64,000 nt of DNA from an uncultured Actinomycetes bacterium. GTDB taxonomy: Bacteria > Actinomycetota > Acidimicrobiia > Acidimicrobiales > SZUA-35. The DNA lies in contig CADEDH010000009.1 of the NCBI GenBank assembly GCA_902826025.1, positions 22,796-86,795 of the forward strand, read 5' to 3'. Below, piece after piece: positions 42,829 through 51,151 of the stretch (the stretch's first letter is position 1; every line of letters begins with the position of its first letter). A program made the position numbers and the translations under genes. Below the pieces are notes generated by a model that saw only the letters and a list, made by a program, of their open reading frames with translations, was not told where the DNA came from and ran no database searches.

Positions 42829-45306
42829 GTGCTGTCGAGCTATTGCGTGCTGGATCTGACCGACGAGCGAGGCCAGCTGGCGGGCATGATCCTGGCCCAG
42901 CTGGGGGCGGACGTGATCGCGGTGGAGCCTCCGGGAGGCACAGGGTCCCGGCGCATCGGGCCCTTCCACCACGATGCGGCTGACGACCCCGAACGCTCGC
43001 TCGTCCACTGGGCCTGGAACCGGGGCAAGCGCAGTGTGGTGCTCGACCTGGGCGACGCCGCCGACCGGGCGCGTCTCGGGGATCTGGCCGCCGGGGCCGA
43101 CGTGCTGCTGGAGTCGTTCGGCCCTGGGCACATGGCCGGTCTCGGACTCGGACCCGACGTGCTGGCGGCCCTCAACCCCGCCCTGGTCCAGGTGTCGATC
43201 TCGGCCTTCGGCGCCTCCGGCCCCAAGGCCGCCTGGGCCGCTTCCGATCTCACGGTGGCCGCCGCCAGCGGCCACATGGCCCTCACCGGCGACCCCGAGC
43301 GAGCCCCGCTCCGGATCAGCCTCCCGCCTCAGGCCTGGCTCCAGGCGGCGGCCGAAGCGGCCGGCGCCGCCCTGTTGGCCCTCACCGAGCGCCGCCGCTC
43401 CGGTCTGGGCCAACACGTCGATGTGCCGGCCCAGCTGGCCATGATGGCCTCCACCCAGGCCTACATGCTGGCCACCCTGTACCACGCCACCCCGGTCAAA
43501 CGGGCCGGGGGCGGGGCCAACACCGGCACCACGACGGTGAAGCTGGTGTGGGAGTGCGCCGACGGCCACGTGTCGCTCACCCTGCTGTTCGGGGCGTCGC
43601 TCGGACCGTTCGCCCGGCGCCTGTTCGACTGGATGTTGGAGGAGGGAGCCTGCACCCAGGCCGATCGCGACACCGATTGGATCAACCTCGGCATGCAGAT
43701 CCACACCGGCGAGGTGCCGGTGAGCGAGTGGGAACGGCTGAAGGACGTGGTCCAGGCGTTTCTCCTCACGAAGACGAAGGCCGAGCTGTTGCAGGTGGCC
43801 CTCGAGCGCAAGCTGCTGTTCGCCCCGTTGGCCACACCGGGCGAGCTGTGCGAGCGGGAGCAACTGGCAGTGCGGGGCTACTGGCAGGAGGTCGAGCACC
43901 CGGCCCTGGGGGAGACCATCCGCTACCCCGGCTCGTTCACCAAGCTCAGCGAGACGCCGCTGGCTCCCCTCGGCCCGCCACCCACGATCGGTCAGCACAC
44001 GGCCGAGGTGCTGGCCGAGTCGGCCCGCCGCCCTTCGGTGCACCGCTCCGCCCCCTGGGCCGCTCCCCTCTCCCCCTTCGTCGACGGGCCCGATCCCCGG
44101 CCGCTGGCCGGCCTCAAGGTCGTGGACCTCATGTGGGCCGTGGCCGGCCCCACCTCCACCCGCACCCTGGCCGACTTCGGCGCCACCGTGGTGAGGATCG
44201 AGACCGAGAGCAGCGTCGACGGATCGCGCACCGTCGGCCCGTTCCTGAATGAGGAGCCGGGCCCCGACAACACCGGCATCTTCCAGAACATGAACGCCGG
44301 CAAGCTGGGCCTGGCCCTCGACCTGGGCCGTCCCGAGGCCCGCGAGGTGGTGCGGGACCTGGTGCGGTGGGCCGACGTCATCACCGAGTCGTTCTCCCCC
44401 GGGGCCATGGCCCGCTGGGGGCTCGACTACGCCAGCCTGCGGGAGGTCAACCCCGACATCATCATGGTCTCGAGCTGCCTGATGGGCCAGTACGGGCCGC
44501 TGGCCCACTACGCCGGGTTCGGCACCATGGCCGCCGCCATCTGCGGCTTCCACCACATGACGGGTTGGCCCGACCTTGCCCCCGTCGGGCCCTTCAGCGC
44601 CTACACCGACTACGTGGCCCCCCGCTTCACGGTCGCCGCCCTGCTGGCCGCCCTCGACCACCGGGACCGCACCGGCCAGGGCCAGCATCTGGACTTCTCC
44701 CAGGCCGAGGCGTCGCTCCACCTGCTGGCCCCGGCCCTCCTCGACTACCACGTCAACGGCCGGGTGCGGGAGCGGCAGGGCAACGACGACGACCGCTTCG
44801 CCCCCCACGGGGTCTACCCCTGCGCCGGCGACGACCGGTGGGTGGCCATCGCCTGCGAGACCGACGACCAATGGCAGGCCCTGGCCGCTGAGCTCGCCCT
44901 CGACCCGGCCCTGTCCACCGACCCGGCCCTGGCCACCGCCGCCGGCCGCCTCTCCCGTCGGCGGGAGCTCGACGACGCCATCGCCGCCAGCACCTCGGGT
45001 TGCCCGCCGGCCGACGTCGAGGCCCGGCTCCAGCGGAAGGGTATACCAGCCCACCAGGTGCAGAACGCCCCCGAGTGCACGGTCGACCCCCAGCTGGAGC
45101 ATCTGGGCCACTTCGTGTCGGTGCCCCACACGGTGCACGGCTCACACTGGGTGGAGGGTCCCCGGTTCCGCCTGTCCCGGACCCCGGGGTTCGTGGCCCG
45201 GGGCGCCCCCATGGTGGGAGAGCACGCCTGGGAAGTGCTGAGCGGGATGCTGGGATACGACCCCGACCGCATCGCCGACCTGGCCGCCGCCGAACTCCTC
45301 AACTGA
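42829..45306 (+). CDS. Tandem-duplicated family III (CaiB/BaiF/Frc-type) CoA-transferase
   Basis: GTG 42829 follows aaggggga. There are two complete modules. The first starts at YCVLDLTDERGQLAGMILAQLGADVIAVEPPGG. The second starts at LAGLKVVDLMWAVAGPTSTRTLADFGATVVRIE. The C-terminus, PMVGEHAWEVL, is typical of the family. Confidence 0.85.
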   Translation: MLSSYCVLDLTDERGQLAGMILAQLGADVIAVEPPGGTGSRRIGPFHHDAADDPERSLVHWAWNRGKRSVVLDLGDAADRARLGDLAAGADVLLESFGPGHMAGLGLGPDVLAALNPALVQVSISAFGASGPKAAWAASDLTVAAASGHMALTGDPERAPLRISLPPQAWLQAAAEAAGAALLALTERRRSGLGQHVDVPAQLAMMASTQAYMLATLYHATPVKRAGGGANTGTTTVKLVWECADGHVSLTLLFGASLGPFARRLFDWMLEEGACTQADRDTDWINLGMQIHTGEVPVSEWERLKDVVQAFLLTKTKAELLQVALERKLLFAPLATPGELCEREQLAVRGYWQEVEHPALGETIRYPGSFTKLSETPLAPLGPPPTIGQHTAEVLAESARRPSVHRSAPWAAPLSPFVDGPDPRPLAGLKVVDLMWAVAGPTSTRTLADFGATVVRIETESSVDGSRTVGPFLNEEPGPDNTGIFQNMNAGKLGLALDLGRPEAREVVRDLVRWADVITESFSPGAMARWGLDYASLREVNPDIIMVSSCLMGQYGPLAHYAGFGTMAAAICGFHHMTGWPDLAPVGPFSAYTDYVAPRFTVAALLAALDHRDRTGQGQHLDFSQAEASLHLLAPALLDYHVNGRVRERQGNDDDRFAPHGVYPCAGDDRWVAIACETDDQWQALAAELALDPALSTDPALATAAGRLSRRRELDDAIAASTSGCPPADVEARLQRKGIPAHQVQNAPECTVDPQLEHLGHFVSVPHTVHGSHWVEGPRFRLSRTPGFVARGAPMVGEHAWEVLSGMLGYDPDRIADLAAAELLN

Positions 45307-45331
45307 AGGCAGCCCGGCGGCGGGCCGCCAC

Positions 45332-45658
45332 TCAGCGCAGGGGCGAGAAGTTGGTTGGCGACAGGATGCGGTTCTCCAGGTGGTGGACGAGGGGACCGTC
45401 GACCTCGGACTCGGCCCGGGCCTTCTGCCAGTCGGGGTCGGCCTGGAACGCGGCCCAGGCCTGCTCCCGGTGGGCCAGACTCTCGAAACCGACGATGTAC
45501 CACAGCTCGTCGTTTCGGCCCCCGATGGAGTTCAGCCAGTAGCCGACGTTGCTGATGCCGTGCTTCTCGAACAGGGCGCACGTGTGGTCCCGGAAGCGAG
45601 AGAGCAGGGCCCCCATCTTGCCGGGGTGGGCGGTGTAGATACGGAGCTCATGGATCAT
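45332..45658 (-). CDS. NIPSNAP family protein
   Basis: The 108-aa product reads MIHELRIYTAHPGKMGALLSRF...EKHGISNVGYW, which fits a dimeric alpha-beta barrel NIPSNAP pattern. Confidence 0.8.
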   Translation of the reverse strand: MIHELRIYTAHPGKMGALLSRFRDHTCALFEKHGISNVGYWLNSIGGRNDELWYIVGFESLAHREQAWAAFQADPDWQKARAESEVDGPLVHHLENRILSPTNFSPLR

Positions 45659-45693
45659 GGGAGTGTTCTAGTCGGCGCCAGCAGCCCCGGCGA

Positions 45694-46125
45694 CTACGTC
45701 GCCTCGAGCTCCTGGACCCGGCGGCGCAGCTCCTGCTCGGAGCGCCAACGGTCGGTCTCGTCGCGGACGACGGCGGCGATGCCGCTGATCTCGCCGTCGG
45801 GCCCGCGCAACAGGGTGACGGTGAACGCGATCGAATGGCGTTCGCCGTCGGCGTTGAGGGCCGGCACCCGCAACAGGTCGGTGGCGTACTTCGTCTCACC
45901 GGTGGCCATCGTGGCGGCGTAGCCGTCCCAGTGGGCCCGCCGCTGGCGCTCCGGGATGATCATGTCGAGCGAGCGGCCCACCGCCTCCGACGCCGGCCAG
46001 CCGAACACCCGCTCGGCTGCCCCGTTCCAGAACACGATCTCCCCCGACGGATCGGCGATCACCACCGCGTCGGCCAGTTGTTCCACCAGCGCGGCCAGCG
46101 CCGCTTCATCCGGTCTCGTCCCCAT
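45694..46125 (-). CDS. Stand-alone PAS domain protein
   Basis: Last 143 codons of ORF 45694..46767, starting at ATG 46125. The sequence is LVEQLADAVVIADPSGEIVFWNGAAERVFGWPASEAVGRSLDMIIPE...AFTVTLLRGPDGEISGIAAVVRDETDR. Confidence 0.8.
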   Translation of the reverse strand: MGTRPDEAALAALVEQLADAVVIADPSGEIVFWNGAAERVFGWPASEAVGRSLDMIIPERQRRAHWDGYAATMATGETKYATDLLRVPALNADGERHSIAFTVTLLRGPDGEISGIAAVVRDETDRWRSEQELRRRVQELEAT

Positions 46126-46212
46126 CGGCTCTCGTACTTCCCGGTATGACGCGAACCTTAAACCGCGAGTCCCGTAGTGGGCTACAAGAAGACTCGGTTC
46201 GGTAGCTGTGGC

Positions 46213-46623
46213 ATGCTGGCAATCGTGCCCACCACCAACCCCGCCACCGCTCCTCAGGCCGAGCCCGTCGACGGCCGGGCCTTTCCCACCAAGGCCCGGG
46301 GTGCCCGGCCGGTGTTCTTCGCCGACGGCGGGGCCACCGACGCCGTTCTGGCCATCGTCACCTCCCTGGCAGCCGAGGTCTGGGCCCTCCGGGAGCGGGT
46401 GACGACGCTGGAGACGGTGCTGGCCCAGGCCGGTGCCGTGCCGGCCGACGCCGTGGAGGCCCACCGCCCGTCGCCGGCCGAGGCCGAACGCCGGGCGGCC
46501 GAGGCCGCCGCCTTCGCCGCCCGGGTGTTCCGGGTGTTCGAGGAGATGCGAGAAGAGGCCCTGGCGGGCGAAACCCCCGACGGCTACGAGGCCCTGGTCC
46601 AGCGGGCCTACGACGAGATCTGA
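46213..46623 (+). CDS. Hypothetical small protein (predicted helical / coiled-coil)
   Basis: ATG 46213 lies within ORF 46177..46623. The frame has strong GC3 bias. I recognised no family. Confidence 0.55.
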   Translation: MLAIVPTTNPATAPQAEPVDGRAFPTKARGARPVFFADGGATDAVLAIVTSLAAEVWALRERVTTLETVLAQAGAVPADAVEAHRPSPAEAERRAAEAAAFAARVFRVFEEMREEALAGETPDGYEALVQRAYDEI

Positions 46624-46657
46624 ACCCGACCCGGCGAGCGAGCGACGAGGCCAAACC

Positions 46658-47815
46658 ATGAGCACCACCCGCACCCACCCCAACCAGCAGGCCCACGAGT
46701 TGCTGCCCACCCCCGACCACGACGAGGCAGCCCGCCAGAGCTTCGTGCAGGCGCTCAAGGCCCACATCGCCTCCCGGGTCTCTCCCGGGGTGCGGGACGT
46801 GTACGAGCACCGGGCCGCCCCCCGGTGGGCCGCCGACCACGACGGGGTGGAGCCGACCGACCGCCACGAGATCCGCCGTGCGCTCCAAAGCGACGTGTAC
46901 TACCAGCTGTGGAGCTCCGTCCGCCGGTCCAGCCAGCACCTGCTGTGGGCGTCGGTGGCCGACAGCGTGACCCGGCAGGCCAGCCAGCTGGTGGAGCGGG
47001 CCGAGGCGGCAGCCGGCCGGGCCGGTGGCACCCTGCGGCTCGACCCCGACCTGGAGATCCCCTGGTACAACGCCGAGGTCGACATCCACTGCATGCCCGG
47101 TGGTTACCGGGGCGAGTACGGCCCCGGCGACGTGGCCGTCGGCGCTCTCTACGACCAGGGCGTGTTCGTGTATGCCATGGGCCAGATGGGTCCCCTCAAC
47201 GACGACTACGGGCAGTCGGTAGTGGCCAACTACCTGCGGGAGCGGAACCCCGGCTTCGCCCCCCGCCGTATCCTCGACATGGGCTGCACGGTCGGCAACG
47301 CCACGCTCCCCTACGTCGACGCCTTCCCCCACGCCGAGGTCCACGCCATCGATCTCGGCGCCCCCGTGCTGCGCTACGCCCACGCCCGGGCCGAGACGCT
47401 GGGTCGGGCCGTGCACTTCTCCCAGCAGAACGCCGAGCACACCGACTTCCCCGATGGCCACTTCGACCTGATCGTGTCGCACATCGTGGTCCACGAGATG
47501 TCGCCGGCGGCCCTGCGAAGGATGCTGGCCGAGTGTCACCGGCTCCTCGCTCCGGGCGGGCTGATGATCCACGCCGACTTCCCCGGCTACGCCGGTGTCG
47601 ACCCCCTCACCCAGGCCATGATCGACTGGGACACGTGGAACAACCACGAGCCGCTGTGGGGGCCGATGCGCAGCATGGACCTGTCGGCCGAGGCGGCCAC
47701 CGCCGGGTTCGGGGTGGGTGCTGTCAGCGAGGAGATCGTGCCGACGACGAGGATCCTGCAGACGGGGAAGCAGGCCCGCCAGGGCCAGCTGTGGTTGCTC
47801 GTAGGGCGACGGTGA
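46658..47815 (+). CDS. Class I SAM-dependent methyltransferase with a ~190-aa N-terminal extension
   Basis: ATG 46658. SAM motif I is ILDMGCTVGN, followed by AIDLGAPVL and the motif IV region FDLIVSHIVVHEM. Confidence 0.8.
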   Translation: MSTTRTHPNQQAHELLPTPDHDEAARQSFVQALKAHIASRVSPGVRDVYEHRAAPRWAADHDGVEPTDRHEIRRALQSDVYYQLWSSVRRSSQHLLWASVADSVTRQASQLVERAEAAAGRAGGTLRLDPDLEIPWYNAEVDIHCMPGGYRGEYGPGDVAVGALYDQGVFVYAMGQMGPLNDDYGQSVVANYLRERNPGFAPRRILDMGCTVGNATLPYVDAFPHAEVHAIDLGAPVLRYAHARAETLGRAVHFSQQNAEHTDFPDGHFDLIVSHIVVHEMSPAALRRMLAECHRLLAPGGLMIHADFPGYAGVDPLTQAMIDWDTWNNHEPLWGPMRSMDLSAEAATAGFGVGAVSEEIVPTTRILQTGKQARQGQLWLLVGRR

Positions 47816-48800
47816 GTAGGGCGACCAGCCCGACCGTCAATCCGGTGACAGCCGACGCCGCCAGTGTGGCCCGATCGAGCCAGGCCGGTGCGTCGGACGG
47901 GATCAGCGAGCGGCTGAGGGCCGTGCGGCGGGTCCAGGTCCACCACACCAGCTCGTAGGCGCCGAGCAACAGGCACGCCAGCCGGGCGATCTGAGCCCGG
48001 GCCCCATGCTCTGGCAGGACGACCGCCACCCCCAGAGCCACGAGGGCCACCAGCGGCCCGACCCACAAGGTGAGGCTGGGCCCGGTGACCCGGGGGACCG
48101 ACAGGTAGGCCCAGGCCCCGACCACGAGGGCCAGGGCGGCGCACAGGGCGGCCAGGGCCGGCACGGCCCATGGTCGGCGGAGCGCCAATGCAGCCACGGC
48201 CAGGCCGACGGCCACCACCGCCACGCCGACGATGGCCGGCACCGGCGACGGAGCAGCGAGGAGCACGGAGCGCACGACCACCTCCACCTGGCCACCGTCG
48301 ACCATCAGTGGGATCACCGCCTCCAGCACGATGTCGCCGGGCTCCGCCCCCGGAGGATGGCTGGGACTCATCCAGTGGGCCCGGTGGTCGTGCCAGGCGT
48401 ACCTACCGCCGCTGGCCACCGGCTGCCAGTCGGGCACGGCCTCGGCGGTGGCTTCGACCGGCACCGGCCGGTTGCCGAAGCGATCGTCGTTCAGCCAGCG
48501 GCTGGGCGACCGCTCGTTGCGGTCCACCGTGCCGTCGGGATTGAACCGCACGAACGGCTCCCCCTGGTAGCCCACCACGGTCACCTCGGTGCCGGTGGCC
48601 ACCGTGAGCTCGAAGAAGCTGTCGCCTCCGATCAACCGGCCGGCCACCGTGCCGCCGGGATCGGGCTCCACGCCCACCACGGTGCTGCGGTAGTCGGTGG
48701 GGCCGGGCGGATCGGCCGCCGCCGGGCCGGCCCCGGTCAGGACCAAGACCAGCGCCACCAGGGCGATGATCCCCAGGCGGCGAGCGGTTCGGCCGATCAC
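47724..48800 (-). CDS. Unknown membrane protein: signal peptide, ~150-aa periplasmic domain with a His-rich motif, and 5 TM helices
   Basis: GTG start at 48800. The signal is IIALVALVLVLTGAGPAAA, the motif AWHDHRAHWMSPSHPP lies at 48351-48395, and five hydrophobic helices follow. It is the last gene of the copper-chaperone operon. Confidence 0.7.
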   Translation of the reverse strand: MIGRTARRLGIIALVALVLVLTGAGPAAADPPGPTDYRSTVVGVEPDPGGTVAGRLIGGDSFFELTVATGTEVTVVGYQGEPFVRFNPDGTVDRNERSPSRWLNDDRFGNRPVPVEATAEAVPDWQPVASGGRYAWHDHRAHWMSPSHPPGAEPGDIVLEAVIPLMVDGGQVEVVVRSVLLAAPSPVPAIVGVAVVAVGLAVAALALRRPWAVPALAALCAALALVVGAWAYLSVPRVTGPSLTLWVGPLVALVALGVAVVLPEHGARAQIARLACLLLGAYELVWWTWTRRTALSRSLIPSDAPAWLDRATLAASAVTGLTVGLVALLTVALRATTAGPGGPASPSAGSSSSARSPR

Positions 48801-48828
48801 CGGCTCAGCGTACGATGGAACTCGCAGG

Positions 48829-49224
48829 TCAGGTCACCTTGATGACGATCTGACCGCTGGGGTGCACGGAGCAGACGCCCTCGAACACGCCGGGCGAGGC
48901 GAACTCCTGGCGCATCGTCTCCCCGGCGCCAACGAAGAAGGGACCCACCAGGTGACCCCGGTCGTCGTCATTCACGATCTCGATGACGTCGCCCACGTGG
49001 ACGTCCATCTCGGCTGGCAGCACCTCGATCGGGTCGCCCTCGATGGCGGCCTGGCCGGCGCCGGCCGGGATCACGTAGTGGAAGTCGGCGCTGCTGGCAC
49101 TGTCGGCGCCCTGCAGCTTGAAGCCGTCGTCGCCGGCCGCTCCGGCGCTGCAAGCGGCGGCGGACAACGGTATGACCAACGCCACGGCGACGGCCCGCGC
49201 TGCCCGCCGCCGCCGATCGGTCAC
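48829..49224 (-). CDS. Cupredoxin-like lipoprotein
   Basis: GTG 49224 forms a GTGA overlap with the SCO1 stop. The lipobox is LSAAAC. VHVGDVIEIVNDDDRGHLVGPF...PGVFEGVCSVHPSGQIVIKV follows the cupredoxin_1 pattern (His ... Cys-x2-His). Confidence 0.65.
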   Translation of the reverse strand: MTDRRRRAARAVAVALVIPLSAAACSAGAAGDDGFKLQGADSASSADFHYVIPAGAGQAAIEGDPIEVLPAEMDVHVGDVIEIVNDDDRGHLVGPFFVGAGETMRQEFASPGVFEGVCSVHPSGQIVIKVT

Positions 49225-49847
49225 GCCACCCGCCCCAGCAGGGTGCGCAGATCGGCGGCCAGATCGTCCGGTTTGGTGCCGAAGGTCCAGCTCAGCACGA
49301 GGTCGCCCTCGGGATCGACGGCGTACAGCGAGGTCGTGTGGTACGGCTGGGGCTTGCCGTCGACCTCCTCGTGGCCGTAGTCGGCCCCGAACCCTTCGGC
49401 CGCGGCCCGGAGCCTCGCGTCGTCGAGGGTGCGGACCGCCTTGGCGTCGGGCACGAACGACCGAACGTATCCGGTGAGGATCTCCGGGGTATCGACCTCG
49501 GGGTCGATGCTGACCATGGCCAACTCGACGTCTGACGCCTGGTCGCCCAGATCCCCCAGAGCCTGGCGTATGTCGGCCAGGGTGGTGGGGCAGATGTCGG
49601 GGCAGTTCGTGTAGCCGAAGTACACCAGCATCACCTTGCCGCCGGTGGCCTTCATGGCCAGGTCGGTCTCCGTGCCGTCGGCCTCAACGGCCGGCAGCGT
49701 GAGATCCCCGACGTGGGGGGTGGGCGTGCGTTCGTAGCCGGCGAAGGCCGCATCGCCATCGCTCCCGCAGCCGGCGGCGAGGGTGACGGCACCGACGAGC
49801 AACGCGCCGACGATCGCCGCCCGCAGGCGGGAGCGGCGACCGATCAC
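49221..49847 (-). CDS. SCO1/SenC family copper chaperone / thiol-disulfide protein
   Basis: GTG 49847 forms a GTGA overlap with the upstream stop. VMLVYFGYTNCPDICPTT carries the CxxxC motif, and the later conserved His lies in YHTTSLYAVD. Confidence 0.88.
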   Translation of the reverse strand: MIGRRSRLRAAIVGALLVGAVTLAAGCGSDGDAAFAGYERTPTPHVGDLTLPAVEADGTETDLAMKATGGKVMLVYFGYTNCPDICPTTLADIRQALGDLGDQASDVELAMVSIDPEVDTPEILTGYVRSFVPDAKAVRTLDDARLRAAAEGFGADYGHEEVDGKPQPYHTTSLYAVDPEGDLVLSWTFGTKPDDLAADLRTLLGRVA

Positions 49848-50431
49848 GGGGCCTCGGTCCGGACCTCGACGTTCACCGTCTTCTCCCCCGCCTTGTCGAA
49901 GGTGAGCGTCAGGTCGAACGTGCTGCCTTCCTTCAGCGGCGCCGCCAGCTCCATCAGCATGACATGGTAACCCCCGGGCGCCAGCTCCACGGTCTTGCCG
50001 GCCGGGATCTCGAGGCCCCCTTTGACCTCCTGCATGACCATGGCCTCGTCGCCGCCGGTGCTGTCGGTCGAACCCATCGCCATCGACGACTCGGTGCCTC
50101 CGCCCGCCGGCACCATCTCGTGGATCTGGGCCATGCCGGCGATCGCCGACGGCACCTCGACCTTGAGCAGCGAGTCGTCGTCGGTGCCACCCGTGATCGT
50201 CATGTAGGCGGCGCCGGTGTCGACCTCCGACGGGCTGGTGCGGGCCCAAGCCCCGCTGATGGCGATGGCGTCACCGGCGGAGTCGGCCGCCGCGCCGGCG
50301 GTCTCGGCCTCCGTGGTGTTCGTGCCGGCGCTGGTGGACGCGGAGTCGGAGCCGCAGGCGGCCCCCAGGAGGCCGGCCAGCGCCAACCCCGATCCGATCA
50401 GCAGCCGGCGAGTCCTCGTCGTCGTGAACAC
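49844..50431 (-). CDS. Copper chaperone PCu(A)C (DUF461)
   Basis: GTG 50431 follows gaggagag. The signal is lipoprotein-like (LLGAAC). The Cu(I) ligand pattern is QIHEM ... MVMQEV ... GGYHVMLM. Confidence 0.85.
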   Translation of the reverse strand: MFTTTRTRRLLIGSGLALAGLLGAACGSDSASTSAGTNTTEAETAGAAADSAGDAIAISGAWARTSPSEVDTGAAYMTITGGTDDDSLLKVEVPSAIAGMAQIHEMVPAGGGTESSMAMGSTDSTGGDEAMVMQEVKGGLEIPAGKTVELAPGGYHVMLMELAAPLKEGSTFDLTLTFDKAGEKTVNVEVRTEAP

Positions 50432-50562
50432 GTTCGTTCTCTCCTCGGTGACGGGCGGGCACCTCGTCGTACCTCGACCGTGGGCGTAGACCGGGCGGCG
50501 GCCCGAGAAGTTCCATCCGGCTCCGGTGTTCTTCGTCACACCCGGGCCCTACCCTGGCGCCC

Positions 50563-51108
50563 GTGGTGCGATCGCGCAGCGAGCAGTTGCTCCTGGGGGA
50601 ATGGGCCGTGCTCGGCATCCTGGCCAACGAGCCGGCCCATGGGTTCGCTGTATCCAAGCGGCTGGCCGCCACGGGTGACGTCGGGCGCGTGTGGTCGCTG
50701 TCTCGCCCCCTGACCTACCGGGCCCTCGACCAGCTGGCGGAGCGGGGCCTCATCCGGTCCAAGGGCGAGGAGCCGGGGCGGGCCGGCGGCCCCCGCACGA
50801 TCTACGGCGTCACCCCCCGGGGCCGCCAGATGCTGGCCCGGTGGCTGGCCGAGCCGGCCCAGCACCTTCGCGACGTGCGCACCGAGCTCCTGTTGAAGCT
50901 CGTTCTGTGCGATCTGGCCGCCATCGACCCGTCTCCCCTCATCGAGGCCCAGCGGGCGGTGTCGGAGCCGGTGGCCCGCAAGTGGGCGTCGGAGGCCCGC
51001 CGCAATGGGGGCGATCCGGTGACGCTGTGGCGCTGGGAGTCGTCCCGGGCCGTGGTCCGCTTCCTCGACCGCTTCGCCGCCGCCCGGCAGCAGGGCGGCC
51101 CGACCTGA
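50563..51108 (+). CDS. PadR-like transcriptional regulator (long form with a C-terminal helical domain)
   Basis: AVLGILANEPAHGFAVSKRL...LSRPLTYRALDQLAERGLI...PRTIYGVTPRG. It is divergent from the copper operon. Confidence 0.85.
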   Translation: MVRSRSEQLLLGEWAVLGILANEPAHGFAVSKRLAATGDVGRVWSLSRPLTYRALDQLAERGLIRSKGEEPGRAGGPRTIYGVTPRGRQMLARWLAEPAQHLRDVRTELLLKLVLCDLAAIDPSPLIEAQRAVSEPVARKWASEARRNGGDPVTLWRWESSRAVVRFLDRFAAARQQGGPT

Positions 51109-51151
51109 ACCCGATCGGGCGGCGGCCCGTAGTGCGGGGCCCCCGCCGCCG

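Noticed and set aside
46177-46212. GTG 46177 as the start of the small hypothetical protein (MGYKKTRFGSCG...).
   Set aside because: The first 12 codons have atypical composition for this genome and overlap the divergent promoter region. ATG 46213 is preferred, but this remains uncertain.
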